NCBI GenBank assembly: GCA_031393955.1
Contig: JANMWI010000060.1
Span: 2,694-66,693, forward strand
Source of the DNA: Acidobacteriota bacterium
Lineage (GTDB): Bacteria > Acidobacteriota > Vicinamibacteria > Vicinamibacterales > 2-12-FULL-66-21
Direction of reading: 5' to 3'
DNA length: 64,000 nucleotides
The translations under genes were made by a program, and so were the position numbers. Shown here in pieces: positions 37,798 to 47,617 of this stretch (the stretch's first letter is position 1; each line of letters starts with the position of its first letter). The notes beneath the pieces were generated by a model that was not told where the DNA came from, ran no database searches, and was given only the letters and a program-made list of their open reading frames with translations.

Positions 37798-38898
37798 GTG
37801 CGCATCCTGATGGACTACCGGCCCGCGCTCCGCCAGCGGACCGGCGCCGGCGAGTTCGTGCACCAGCTGGCCCGGGCCCTCCAGGCCCGGCTCTCCGGCC
37901 CCGATATCCTGACCCTTTTCTCGAGTTCCTGGAAGGACCGGCTGCCCCCTGCCGTCGTCCCCGGCGCACGGCAGGTCGATATGCGCGTGCCGGTATCGGT
38001 GCTGAACCGGGCGTGGCACCGGCTGGAATGGCCGCCGGTCGAGTGGTTCGCCGGCCCCGTCGACATCGCCCAGTCGATGCATCCGCTGCTCCTGCCGTCG
38101 CGCGGCGCGCAGTTCGTGACCATTCACGACCTCCACTTCCTCGATCACCCCGACCAGACCGCTGCGGAGATCCGGAGGGATTATCCGGCGCTGGTCCAGC
38201 GCCATGCCCGCCGCGCCGCCGGAATCGTCGTACCGTCGGAGCATACACGCGAGGTGGTCGCCGGGCGCCTCGGTATCGATCGGGCGCGGCTGGTCGTCTG
38301 CTCCCCGGGAGCCCCTGACTGGACCCCGCGGACCGCTGCCCCGGCCAACGGCCCGATCCTCTTTGTCGGCACCGTGGAGCCGCGGAAGAACCTCCCGGGA
38401 CTGCTGCGCGCCTATGCCGCGCTCGTCCGGGCCGACGCCGGCGCGCCGCCGCTCATCATCGCCGGGCGCGCGGCAGTGCCGCTCGACACCCGCGCGGTCG
38501 TCGACGGCGTGGCGCTCGAGGGACGCGTGCATCAGCTCGGATACGTGGACGATGCCCGGAGGGAAGAGTCGTACCGGCGGGCCTCGATGCTGGTGATGCC
38601 GTCGCTCGACGAGGGCTTCGGCCTGCCGGTGCTGGAGGCGATGACGATTGGCGTCCCGGTGGTCGCGTCGCGCCGCGGGTCGCTCCCCGAAGTGCTCGAC
38701 GGCGCGGGGCTGCTGGTGGAGCCGGACGACCATGAAGCGATGGCAGCGGCGATGCGCCGCGTTCTGGATGACCCGGCCGAGCGCGCCCGGATGGTCAGCG
38801 GCGGCCTCGCCCGGGCCGCGACCTACAGCTGGGACGCCGCGGCCGGCCGGCTGCACGCCGCCTACGCCGCCGCTCTGGCGGAACGGGCGCCGGCGTGA
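37798..38898 (+). CDS. Glycosyltransferase family 4
   Basis: TIHD, EPRKN and EGFGLPVLEAM motifs. Confidence 0.92.
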   Translation: MRILMDYRPALRQRTGAGEFVHQLARALQARLSGPDILTLFSSSWKDRLPPAVVPGARQVDMRVPVSVLNRAWHRLEWPPVEWFAGPVDIAQSMHPLLLPSRGAQFVTIHDLHFLDHPDQTAAEIRRDYPALVQRHARRAAGIVVPSEHTREVVAGRLGIDRARLVVCSPGAPDWTPRTAAPANGPILFVGTVEPRKNLPGLLRAYAALVRADAGAPPLIIAGRAAVPLDTRAVVDGVALEGRVHQLGYVDDARREESYRRASMLVMPSLDEGFGLPVLEAMTIGVPVVASRRGSLPEVLDGAGLLVEPDDHEAMAAAMRRVLDDPAERARMVSGGLARAATYSWDAAAGRLHAAYAAALAERAPA

Positions 38899-39980
38899 CG
38901 CTCCGGATCGGCGTCGACGCGCGCGAGCTGCTCGGCGACACCACCGGCGTCGGGCGCTACCTGGGCGAGCTGATGCGGCGATGGGTCGGCCGGCCGGACC
39001 ATGCGCGGCGCGAGTTCCTGCTTTATTCCCCCGAGGCATTGCCGCTGGCGCTGCCGTCCGGCCGCGCCACCGTCCGCGTCGTCGGCCGCGGCCGCGGCAC
39101 GTGGTGGGAGCAGACCGCGCTCAGGCGCGCCGTCCGCTTGGACCGGCCGGACGTTTTCTTCGCACCGGCCTACACCGCGCCGCTCGGCCTCGGCATGCCG
39201 GTCGTCGCCACTGTTCACGACATCTCGTTCGAGGCGCATCCGGAGTGGTTCCGGCCGCGGGAGCGCTGGCGACGGCGGTGGCTGACGCGGCGCACGGCGG
39301 CGGCCGCCGCGGCGGTGCTGACCGACTCCGAGTTCTCGCGCCGCGAACTGGAGCACCGGCTGGGCCTCCGGCCCGAGCGCATTCGCGTGATTCCACCGGG
39401 GGTGTCGACACCGCCGGCGTCGGCGGCGGCGGACGGGCGCGATCCGATGGTTCTCTTCACAGGGTCGCTGTTGAACCGCCGGCGGCTGCCGGACCTGATC
39501 GCGGCGTTCGCTGTCGCGGCGGCGGACGATGCGCGCGCCCGGCTGGTGATCGTCGGCGCGGACCGCACCTGGCCGCGGCAGGATCTGGCTGCGGTCGCAG
39601 CGGCGCACGGCGTCGCGGCGCGCGTCGATCTCCGCAGCTACGTGACCGACGACGAGCTGGCCGGGCTGTACGCACGGGCCTCGGTCTTCGCCTTCCTCTC
39701 GGAATACGAAGGCTTCGGCCTGACGCCGCTCGAGGCGCTCGGCGCCGGCGTGCCGGTCGTCGTCCTCGATACGCCGGTGGCGCGCGAAGTCTACGGAGAC
39801 GCCGCCGAGTACGTGCGCCGTGGCGATATCGCCGGGACGGCGCAGGCGCTGCGCCGCTGCCTGCGCGACCCGTCGGCCGGCGCCGCCCGGCTTGCCGAGG
39901 CCCCCGCCGTCCTGCGGCGATACTCGTGGGACCGTGCCGCCGATGAGACGCTGGCGGCGCTCGAGGGAGCCGCACGGTGA
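38895..39980 (+). CDS. Glycosyltransferase family 4
   Basis: TVHD and EYEGFGLTPLEA motifs; GTGA overlap with the upstream gene. Confidence 0.9.
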   Translation: MTLRIGVDARELLGDTTGVGRYLGELMRRWVGRPDHARREFLLYSPEALPLALPSGRATVRVVGRGRGTWWEQTALRRAVRLDRPDVFFAPAYTAPLGLGMPVVATVHDISFEAHPEWFRPRERWRRRWLTRRTAAAAAAVLTDSEFSRRELEHRLGLRPERIRVIPPGVSTPPASAAADGRDPMVLFTGSLLNRRRLPDLIAAFAVAAADDARARLVIVGADRTWPRQDLAAVAAAHGVAARVDLRSYVTDDELAGLYARASVFAFLSEYEGFGLTPLEALGAGVPVVVLDTPVAREVYGDAAEYVRRGDIAGTAQALRRCLRDPSAGAARLAEAPAVLRRYSWDRAADETLAALEGAAR

Positions 39981-40798
39981 CGCCCCGGCTCGCCATCGTG
40001 ATCGTCAACTTCAACGCGCGCGAGCATGTCGAGAACTGTCTGGCGTCGCTGGCGGCGGCGCCTCCGCTGACGCCGCACGAGACGGTGGTCGTCGACAACG
40101 CCTCGGCCGACGGCAGTGCTGCCGCGATCCGGGGGCGGTTTCCGGGGGTGGCGGTGCTCGAGGAGACGGCCAACCGCGGGTTTGCCGCCGCCAACAACGT
40201 CGGCATCCGCGCCACCCGCGGCGAGCTGGTGCTGCTGCTGAACAACGACACGCTGGTGCCGGCAGGTGCGATCGACGCGCTGGTCGAGCGGCTCGACGCC
40301 CGGCCGGAGGCGGCGGTCGCGGGGCCGCGCCTTGTCGATGCCGCAGGCGAGCCGGAGCTGTCGTTCGGACCGATGCTGTCGCCGTTCGGCGAACTGCGGC
40401 AGAAGGCGATCACCGGCCTCTACAGGCGGCGTGTCGCACCGGCGGCGGCGTGGGTGCGGCGGGTGACGCGCGTCGAGCGCGAGGTCGACTGGGTCAGCGG
40501 CGCGTGCCTGCTGGTGCGGCGGAGCGCCGCCGAGGCGGCCGGCCTGATCGACGAACGCTATTTTCTGTACACCGAGGACGTCGATTTCTGCGCCGCGATC
40601 CGCGCGCAGGGCCACCGGGTGTTGTTCACCCCGTCCGCGGCGGTCGTGCACCTGCGCGGCCGCTCCCGCGCCACGGCTCCGGCCGCCTCGGCGGCCGCCT
40701 ACCGCCGCAGCCATCTGGCGTTCTATGCCAAGCATCATCCCGGATGGGTCGGCCTGCTGCGGCTCTATCTGCGGCTGAAGGGCCAGCTCCCGCGGTAG
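39977..40798 (+). CDS. Glycosyltransferase family 2 (WbbL/rhamnosyltransferase-like)
   Basis: VDNAS, GFAAANN, LLNND, WVSGACL and FLYTEDVD motifs. Confidence 0.9.
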   Translation: MTPRLAIVIVNFNAREHVENCLASLAAAPPLTPHETVVVDNASADGSAAAIRGRFPGVAVLEETANRGFAAANNVGIRATRGELVLLLNNDTLVPAGAIDALVERLDARPEAAVAGPRLVDAAGEPELSFGPMLSPFGELRQKAITGLYRRRVAPAAAWVRRVTRVEREVDWVSGACLLVRRSAAEAAGLIDERYFLYTEDVDFCAAIRAQGHRVLFTPSAAVVHLRGRSRATAPAASAAAYRRSHLAFYAKHHPGWVGLLRLYLRLKGQLPR

Positions 40799-40862
40799 AA
40801 TTCGGCGGGATGGCCATGGTTTCCGGACGTTTGCCCCGCCGCCAGCTCTGGTGCCGCGGGCG

Positions 40863-41975
40863 ATGAGGATCGCGATCGACGCGCGGAAGCTCCGCGACTA
40901 CGGGATCGGGACCTACATCAGGAACCTGCTGCGCCACCTGTCCCGGATCGACGCCGCCACCGAGTACGTCCTGCTCTGCCGTGCCCAGGACTGCGCGTCG
41001 GTCGAGGAGCTCGGCGAGAATTTCCGGGCGGTGGCGGAGCCGGCGCCGGCCTACTCCTTTCGTGAACAGCTGCGGATTCCGCTCGATCTGCGGCGGGAGG
41101 GAGTCGATCTGTTCCACGCGCCGCACTACGTCCTGCCGCTGCTCACGCCGTGCAAGTCGATCGTGACGATTCACGACTGCATCCACCTGCGGTTTCCGCA
41201 ATACCTGCCGAGCCGGCTGGCGTATGCGTATGCGCGCTCATCGCTCTGGGTGGCGACGCACCGCTCGAACCGCGTCCTGACGGTGTCGGAGGCCTCGAAA
41301 CGCGACATCCAGCAGTACTTCCACGTCCCGGAGCGCAAGATCGACGTCATCTACAACGCCATCGACGAGCGCTTCGGAGAGACGCCGCCGGCCGACGAGG
41401 TCGAGCGGGTGCGCGAACGGTATCAGCTGAACGATCCGTTCGTGCTCTACGCCGGGAACATCAAGCCGCACAAGAACCTCGAGCGGCTGATCGAGGCGTT
41501 CCACACCCTCCGCCGCGACGGACTGGAGGATGTGAAGCTCCTCCTCATCGGCGATGAAGTCTCGAAATATGCGACGCTGCGGCGCGCCGTGCACAAGTAC
41601 AAGCTGCACAAGCACGTCCGGTTCTTCGGCTTCGTCCCCGACCAGACGCTCGCGGTGCTCTACCGCCTGGCGGCGGTGTTCGTCTTTCCGTCGCTGTACG
41701 AGGGTTTCGGACTGCCGCCGCTCGAAGCGATGGCCAGTGGCACGCCGGTCATCACGTCCAACGTCTCGTCGCTGCCGGAGGTGGTCGGGGACGCCGCACT
41801 GCTGATCGATCCGACGCAGCCCGACGCCATCGCGGCGGCGATGCGGCGGGTGCTGACTGATCCGGCGCTGCGCGACGACCTCCGCCAGCGCGGACTGCGC
41901 CGCGTGCAGGAGTTCTCGTGGGACCGGTCGGTCCGCCGGGTGCGTGCGATCTACGAAGAGGTGCTGGCCGAGTGA
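40863..41975 (+). CDS. Glycosyltransferase family 4
   Basis: TIHD, KPHKN and [12 protein letters not shown] motifs. Confidence 0.92.
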   Translation: MRIAIDARKLRDYGIGTYIRNLLRHLSRIDAATEYVLLCRAQDCASVEELGENFRAVAEPAPAYSFREQLRIPLDLRREGVDLFHAPHYVLPLLTPCKSIVTIHDCIHLRFPQYLPSRLAYAYARSSLWVATHRSNRVLTVSEASKRDIQQYFHVPERKIDVIYNAIDERFGETPPADEVERVRERYQLNDPFVLYAGNIKPHKNLERLIEAFHTLRRDGLEDVKLLLIGDEVSKYATLRRAVHKYKLHKHVRFFGFVPDQTLAVLYRLAAVFVFPSLYEGFGLPPLEAMASGTPVITSNVSSLPEVVGDAALLIDPTQPDAIAAAMRRVLTDPALRDDLRQRGLRRVQEFSWDRSVRRVRAIYEEVLAE

Positions 41976-43105
41976 GCCCGCAGCCGCAGCCGCGGGTGGC
42001 GATCGTCCACGACTGGCTCACCGGCATGCGCGGCGGGGAGAAGGTCCTCGAGGCGATTTGCGAGCTCTACCCCGATGCCCGGCTGTTTTCGCTCGTCCGG
42101 GTCCGCGGCAGCGTCTCGCCCCGAATCGAGCGCCACGCCATCCGCACCTCCCCGGTCCAGTGGCTGCCCGCGGCGGGCCGCCGCTACCGGCACTATCTGC
42201 CGCTCTTTCCGGCGGCGGTCGAGCTGTTCGACCTGGACGGTTACGACCTGGTCATCAGCAGCAGCCACTGCGCGGTCAAATCGGTCATCCGCACCGGCCG
42301 GGCGACCCACGTCTGCTATTGCCATTCGCCGATGCGCTACGCCTGGGACCAGTTTCCGGCTTATTTCGGCCCGGAACTGGTCGGCCGGGTCGCCAGCCGC
42401 CTGCTCCGACCGGTCATGGCCGGGCTCGCCCGCTGGGACGCCGCGACGGCCGGGCGGGTGGATGCCTATATCGCCAATTCCCGCTATGTTGCGGGGCGGA
42501 TCCGCCGATACTATAATCGCAGGTCGGCCGTTGTTTATCCGCCCGTCGATACTACGTTTTATCGCCCCGGCACCCTGCCCCCGGAACGGCGCGATCGCCG
42601 GTTTCTGGTGGTGTCCGCCCTGGTTCCCTACAAGCGAATCGACGTGGCCATCGAGGCCTGCCGGATCGCCAGGACTCCCCTGACCATCGTCGGCCGGGGA
42701 CCGGAGGAAGCACGGTTGAGGCGGCTGGCAGGCCCGGACGTTGAATTCCTGGGCTGGCGCCCGGATGAGGAGATTCGAAACCTCTACGGCCGGGCCGCCG
42801 CGGTACTGCTGCCGGGGGTCGAGGATTTCGGGATGGTGCCGATCGAGGCTCAGGCGTGCGGCACGCCTGTCGTCGCGCTGGGGGCCGGCGGCGCATGTGA
42901 AACCGTGGAGGACGGCGTGACCGGGGTGCTCGTGGGCGACGAATCGACAGAGGCCTTCGCCGCGGGGCTGGCCCGGGTCGCGGCGCTGTCCCTGGACCCC
43001 GCCGCCATCCGCGCCAACGCCGAACGCTACTCGCGTGAACGCTTCATCACCGATTTCCAGGCGGCCGTCGCCGACGCCATCGCGGCGCGGGCGGTGGCGC
43101 CATGA
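41972..43105 (+). CDS. Glycosyltransferase family 4 (WbaZ-like)
   Basis: HDWLTGMRGGE, HSPMRYAW and EDFGMVPIEA motifs. Confidence 0.9.
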   Translation: MSPQPQPRVAIVHDWLTGMRGGEKVLEAICELYPDARLFSLVRVRGSVSPRIERHAIRTSPVQWLPAAGRRYRHYLPLFPAAVELFDLDGYDLVISSSHCAVKSVIRTGRATHVCYCHSPMRYAWDQFPAYFGPELVGRVASRLLRPVMAGLARWDAATAGRVDAYIANSRYVAGRIRRYYNRRSAVVYPPVDTTFYRPGTLPPERRDRRFLVVSALVPYKRIDVAIEACRIARTPLTIVGRGPEEARLRRLAGPDVEFLGWRPDEEIRNLYGRAAAVLLPGVEDFGMVPIEAQACGTPVVALGAGGACETVEDGVTGVLVGDESTEAFAAGLARVAALSLDPAAIRANAERYSRERFITDFQAAVADAIAARAVAP

Positions 43106-44544
43106 TGCGGCGCTACAACCGCCTGCTGGTGCTGTTCTACGTCATTGCCGATGCGGTCCTCGGCATGACGGCGTTTGCGCTCGCCTATTTCGTCCGCTTC
43201 CGCGTCCTCGATCACTTCCTGCCGATCACCAAGGGCACGCCCCCGTTCGATCAGTATGTAACGATGATGCCGTTCATCGGCCTGATCGTGCCGATCGCGT
43301 TCCAGGTTCAGGGCACCTATCGCCTGCGGCGCAGCCGGTCGCGGGTCGACGACTTCTTCGCGGTCTTCGTCGGCACGATCCTCGCGGGCATCCTCGGGCT
43401 GGTCGGGTCGCTCTACTTCCAGACCTATTACGCCTCCGATGCGATGAAGGACCTCGGCGCCTACGAGGTCTCGCGGCCGGCGCTGGCGCTGTTCCTGACC
43501 TTCAACGTCGCGTTCGCCTACGGCCTGCGCGAGATCGTCCGCGAAGCGCTCGAGCGGCGGTGGCGCGCCGGCATCGGCCTCAAGCGGGTGCTGATCGCCG
43601 GCGCCAGCGATCTCGGCCGGATGGTCGCCGACAAGGTGCTCGAGCATCGCGAGTTCGGCTTCAAGATCGTCGGCTTTCTGGACGACCGCGCCGCAGGCGA
43701 CCACATCGGCTACCGCGGCCTGCCGCTGCTCGGGACGCTGACCGACGCCGAGGAGATCATCCGCCAGGAGCGCATCGACCACGTCTACGTCGCGCTGCCG
43801 CTCGAAGAGCACGTCAAGATGCTCGGCATCGTCGAGGCGACCAACCGCGAGGGGGTCGAGGTCCACGTCGTCCCCGACCTGCTCCAGTTCATCGCGCTGC
43901 GCGCCCGGCTCGAGAACCTCGACGGCGTCCCGATCATCAGCCTGAACGACGTGCCGCTGCGCGGCTTCAACAGCCTGCTCAAGCGCGCCATCGACTTCAC
44001 CCTCTCGGGCTGCGCGCTGGTCGGCCTGGCGGTGCCGTTCGTGACGATCATGGCGCTCATCCGCTACACCTCGAAGGGGCCGGTCTTCTTCAAGCAGGAG
44101 CGGATGGGGCTCGACGGCAAGGCGTTCAACGTCTACAAGTTCCGCTCGATGTACCCGGGGGCTGAGGACGAGACCGGTCCGATCTGGGCGCGCGACGACG
44201 ACCCGCGCTGCACCCCGGTCGGGCGCTGGCTGCGCCGGCTCGATCTCGACGAGCTGCCGCAGCTGTGGAACGTGATGCGCGGCGACATGTCGATCGTCGG
44301 TCCGCGCCCCGAGCGCCCCTACTTCGTCGAGCAGTTCAAGCACCGCATCCCGCAGTACATGCTCCGCCACAAGGTCAAGGCCGGGATTACCGGCTGGGCC
44401 CAGGTCAACGGCTGGCGCGGCAACACCTCGCTTGAGAAGCGCATTGAGTACGACCTCTACTACATCGAGAACTGGTCGGTCGGCCTCGATCTCAAGATCA
44501 TGTGGCTGACGGTCCTGCGAGGCATCCAGAAGCATGCGTATTAG
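43102..44544 (+). CDS. wcaJ: Undecaprenyl-phosphate glucose phosphotransferase (priming glycosyltransferase)
   Basis: N-terminal TMs, KRAID, KFRSM, DELPQL, GDMSIVGPRP and GITGWAQVNG motifs. Confidence 0.9.
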   Translation: MMRRYNRLLVLFYVIADAVLGMTAFALAYFVRFRVLDHFLPITKGTPPFDQYVTMMPFIGLIVPIAFQVQGTYRLRRSRSRVDDFFAVFVGTILAGILGLVGSLYFQTYYASDAMKDLGAYEVSRPALALFLTFNVAFAYGLREIVREALERRWRAGIGLKRVLIAGASDLGRMVADKVLEHREFGFKIVGFLDDRAAGDHIGYRGLPLLGTLTDAEEIIRQERIDHVYVALPLEEHVKMLGIVEATNREGVEVHVVPDLLQFIALRARLENLDGVPIISLNDVPLRGFNSLLKRAIDFTLSGCALVGLAVPFVTIMALIRYTSKGPVFFKQERMGLDGKAFNVYKFRSMYPGAEDETGPIWARDDDPRCTPVGRWLRRLDLDELPQLWNVMRGDMSIVGPRPERPYFVEQFKHRIPQYMLRHKVKAGITGWAQVNGWRGNTSLEKRIEYDLYYIENWSVGLDLKIMWLTVLRGIQKHAY

Positions 44545-44552
44545 GAAGCTGG

Positions 44553-44732
44553 CAGCTTCCAGCTTCCAGCTTCCAGCCGGAGGGGCGTGCACTCGTCCGA
44601 TGGTCGGGGTATCAATCGCCGGTTTTGATCCAACGGTCACGATGCAGATGGCGCGCGGTCAACGATCAGCACGGGCATGACTGCGGAAGCTGACAGCTGA
44701 GCGGGAAGCTGGAAGCGGGAGGCAGGAAGCCG
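44553..44732. repeat. Inverted heptamer-repeat cassette
   Basis: Left (CAGCTTC)x3 at 44553-44573. Right GAAGCTG ACAGCTG ... GAAGCTG GAAGCGG GAGGCAG GAAGCCG at 44686-44732, the reverse-complement family. Confidence 0.75.
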
Positions 44733-44741
44733 AAGGAGTGT

Positions 44742-45671
44742 ATGTCCCGAATCGTCATTACCGGCGCCGCCGGCTTTATCGGCTCGCACCTGTCGGAGGC
44801 GCTGCTCGACCGCGGCCACTCGGTCGTCGGTATCGACAACCTGCTGACCGGCGATACGGCCAACATCGCGCACCTGGCCAGCCGCGACTTCGTGTTCATC
44901 AAACACGACGTCACCAACTACATCAACGTCGATGGTCCGGTCGATGCCGTCCTGCACTGGGCCAGCCCGGCCAGCCCGATTGATTATCTCGAGCTGCCGA
45001 TCCCGACGCTCAAGGTCGGCGCGCTCGGCACGCATAAGGCGCTCGGCCTGGCTAAGGCGAAGAACGCCCGGTTCGTGATCGCCTCGACGTCGGAGGTCTA
45101 CGGCGATCCGCTCGAGCATCCGCAGAAGGAAACCTACTGGGGCAACGTCAACCCGGTCGGACCGCGCGGGGTCTACGACGAAGCCAAGCGGTTCGCCGAG
45201 GCGATGACGACCGCCTACCATCGCTATCACGGCCTCGACGCCAAGATCGTCCGGATCTTCAACACTTATGGGCCGCGGATGCGGCTGCGCGACGGGCGCG
45301 CGGTGCCGGCGTTCATGAGCCAGGCGCTGACCGGCGAGGACGTGACGATCTTCGGCAGCGGCCGGCAGACCCGCAGCTTCTGTTACGTCTCCGACCTGGT
45401 CGACGGCATCATCCGGCTGATGGAATCGGACCTCAACGATCCGGTCAACATCGGCAATCCGCAGGAGATGACGATCGAGCAGATCGCGAAGGAGATCATC
45501 CGGCTGACCGGCTCGAAGAGCAAGCTCGTCTACCGCCCGCTGCCGGAGGACGATCCGAAGGTGCGCCAGCCGGACATCACCCGGGCGCGGACGCTGCTCG
45601 GCTGGGAGCCGAAGGTGACGCTCGAGGAAGGGCTGACGAGAACGCTGGAATACTTCCGAACCAAGATTTAG
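44742..45671 (+). CDS. uxs: UDP-glucuronic acid decarboxylase (UDP-xylose synthase)
   Basis: [30 protein letters not shown] and RIFNTYGP motifs. Confidence 0.9.
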   Translation: MSRIVITGAAGFIGSHLSEALLDRGHSVVGIDNLLTGDTANIAHLASRDFVFIKHDVTNYINVDGPVDAVLHWASPASPIDYLELPIPTLKVGALGTHKALGLAKAKNARFVIASTSEVYGDPLEHPQKETYWGNVNPVGPRGVYDEAKRFAEAMTTAYHRYHGLDAKIVRIFNTYGPRMRLRDGRAVPAFMSQALTGEDVTIFGSGRQTRSFCYVSDLVDGIIRLMESDLNDPVNIGNPQEMTIEQIAKEIIRLTGSKSKLVYRPLPEDDPKVRQPDITRARTLLGWEPKVTLEEGLTRTLEYFRTKI

Positions 45672-45680
45672 CCAGCCGGC

Positions 45681-46226
45681 TCAGTGCCCGAGCCGCACCA
45701 CCTTGACCAAGTAGTCGAACGCCGAGATCACCGAAATCGTCAGCGCTGCGTAGACGCAGGCCGTGACGAGCGGCGAGGTCAGGCCGAGATAGTTGAAATA
45801 GAGCGTCACGACGCCGGTCAGGATGTAGGTGGCGGTGGCGATCTTGCCGAAGATCGACGGCCGGAAGGTGCGCGGGCCGATCGCCAGGTTGACGACCGCG
45901 ACGGTGACGACAATCGTGATGTCGCGGCTGAGAACGAGGACCGTAAACCACAGCGGCAGGCGGTTGGCGGAGCCAATCCCCGGCAGCGTCAGCATCACGA
46001 ACATCGACACCAGGAGCAGCTTGTCGGCCATCGGATCGAGCCACGCGCCAAGCGTGGTCTTCTGGCCGGTGCGGCGGGCAATCAGCCCGTCGAAGAGGTC
46101 GGTCACCCCGGCGGCCATGAACGTCGCGAGCGCCCAGCCCTGATGCCCGTATAGCACAAGTATGACGAACGGCGGCACCAGCAGCATGCGCAGCAGCGTC
46201 AGCTGGTTGGCGGCCGTGAGATTCAT
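45681..46226 (-). CDS. CDP-alcohol phosphatidyltransferase (PgsA-like)
   Basis: ANQLT.LR and D..DG..AR......LG..LD..ADK motifs; start at MNLTAAN. Confidence 0.9.
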   Translation of the reverse strand: MNLTAANQLTLLRMLLVPPFVILVLYGHQGWALATFMAAGVTDLFDGLIARRTGQKTTLGAWLDPMADKLLLVSMFVMLTLPGIGSANRLPLWFTVLVLSRDITIVVTVAVVNLAIGPRTFRPSIFGKIATATYILTGVVTLYFNYLGLTSPLVTACVYAALTISVISAFDYLVKVVRLGH

Positions 46227-47617
46227 CGCGTTCGCCGCCCGGCGAGCTCCTCCAGCTTCCGCATCGTCTCGACCGCTTCCGCGCCGGTGACCGGCCGCGA
46301 CAGCTGAAAGGTGCTGTCGCCGGCAGCGACCATCACCCCGGCCTGAACCGCCATCGCGGCCGCCGGATAGCTGAGATGTCCCGGCGGCAGGTCGGGAAAC
46401 CGGATCCGCGCCCGGCGCCATCCCGCCGCCTGGGCCGGACGATCCGCGCCGATCACCGCCAGCGCGCGCGCCGCCGCCGCCGCCAGATCGCCGCGGCGGA
46501 CGATCGCGTCCGGCTGGAAGGTATGGTTCGGAAACGCGTCCATGATGCCTGCCCGCGATACGGACAGGATCCACGGGCCGGCCCAGTTTCCGCGGGTATC
46601 GGTGAGGACGACGGCATTGTCGCGGCGCGCGCGCTTGACGACATCGGCGAGCCGGACGCCGAAGAGCGACGCCAGCTGCGCCCGCGTCACCCTCGGGGAT
46701 GACTCAATCGACCGGTATTCCTCGGGCATCGTCGCGAACGCGGCACGCTCGCGCAGCTCGTCGATCCGCGCGTCGAGCGCCGGGCTCGGCTCGAGCGTGA
46801 CGGCCGTGCCGTAGGCGTCGGCCGCCAGGGCGAACGCGCTTTGGGCCTCGTAAACTTCGCCGAGGGTGATGAAGGCTCGCGGCTCCGACGGGCTGAGCTC
46901 AACGGCTTTTTCGGCGTGCCGCAGCGCCGCCTCGAGATTGCCGATCCGCCGCTCGACGGCGGCAAGCTCGCGGTAGAGAAACGGACTGTCGGGTGACGCC
47001 GTCAGGCTCCGTTCGTAGATCAGCTGCGCCTCGTCCAGCCGGCCGGCCTCGGCCGCCTGGCGCGCCGCGCCGACGTCTTCCTCCAGCCCCCTGAACCGAA
47101 GGACGTCGATCCGGCCGCGCAGTCCGCTCAGCGCCGGGTCGGCCTGGACGGCCGCCTCGAAGCTGGCCAGCGCCGCTTCGCGCTCGCCGAGCGCCAACAG
47201 CGCGTCGCCGCGACCGGCCAGCGCCGGCGCGTAGGCCGGTGCCACCGTCAGAGCGCGGTTGAAATGCTCCTGCGCCGCGCGCGCATCCTTCCGCGCCAGC
47301 GCAGCGTAGCCGAGGCCGCCCTCCGCTGGATAAAACCCGGGCGCCTGCTTCAGCACGGCGGCAAAGCTCCGCTCCGCGCTGCGCAGGTCGCCGAGCTGCA
47401 GCCACTGCCAGCCAGCCTCGTGGCCGGCGGCGGCGGCCTCTGGGCCGAGCCCGGCCGGCACGGCCAGAAAGATGAACTCCGGAAACTTCGGCGCCGTGAC
47501 CGGTCCCGGCGGGACGGCGGCGCGCTTCGGCTTCGCGCAGGCGCCGGCGATCGCCAGGCAGACGAGGAGCATGACGCTCCCCCACCGCGCCTGCCGGAGT
47601 ACCGCCGCCCTCGTCAC
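46223..47617 (-). CDS. Lipoprotein with TPR repeats and C-terminal SLH domains
   Basis: Lipobox IAGAC, TPR repeats, SLH-like motifs (DTRGNWA..I...GIM.....TFQP...VRR; FPDLP..H..Y). Confidence 0.75.
   Translation of the reverse strand: MTRAAVLRQARWGSVMLLVCLAIAGACAKPKRAAVPPGPVTAPKFPEFIFLAVPAGLGPEAAAAGHEAGWQWLQLGDLRSAERSFAAVLKQAPGFYPAEGGLGYAALARKDARAAQEHFNRALTVAPAYAPALAGRGDALLALGEREAALASFEAAVQADPALSGLRGRIDVLRFRGLEEDVGAARQAAEAGRLDEAQLIYERSLTASPDSPFLYRELAAVERRIGNLEAALRHAEKAVELSPSEPRAFITLGEVYEAQSAFALAADAYGTAVTLEPSPALDARIDELRERAAFATMPEEYRSIESSPRVTRAQLASLFGVRLADVVKRARRDNAVVLTDTRGNWAGPWILSVSRAGIMDAFPNHTFQPDAIVRRGDLAAAAARALAVIGADRPAQAAGWRRARIRFPDLPPGHLSYPAAAMAVQAGVMVAAGDSTFQLSRPVTGAEAVETMRKLEELAGRRTR

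Noticed and set aside
44553-44732. Possible CRISPR array
   Set aside because: The repeats are 7-mers without unique spacers, and no cas genes are present.
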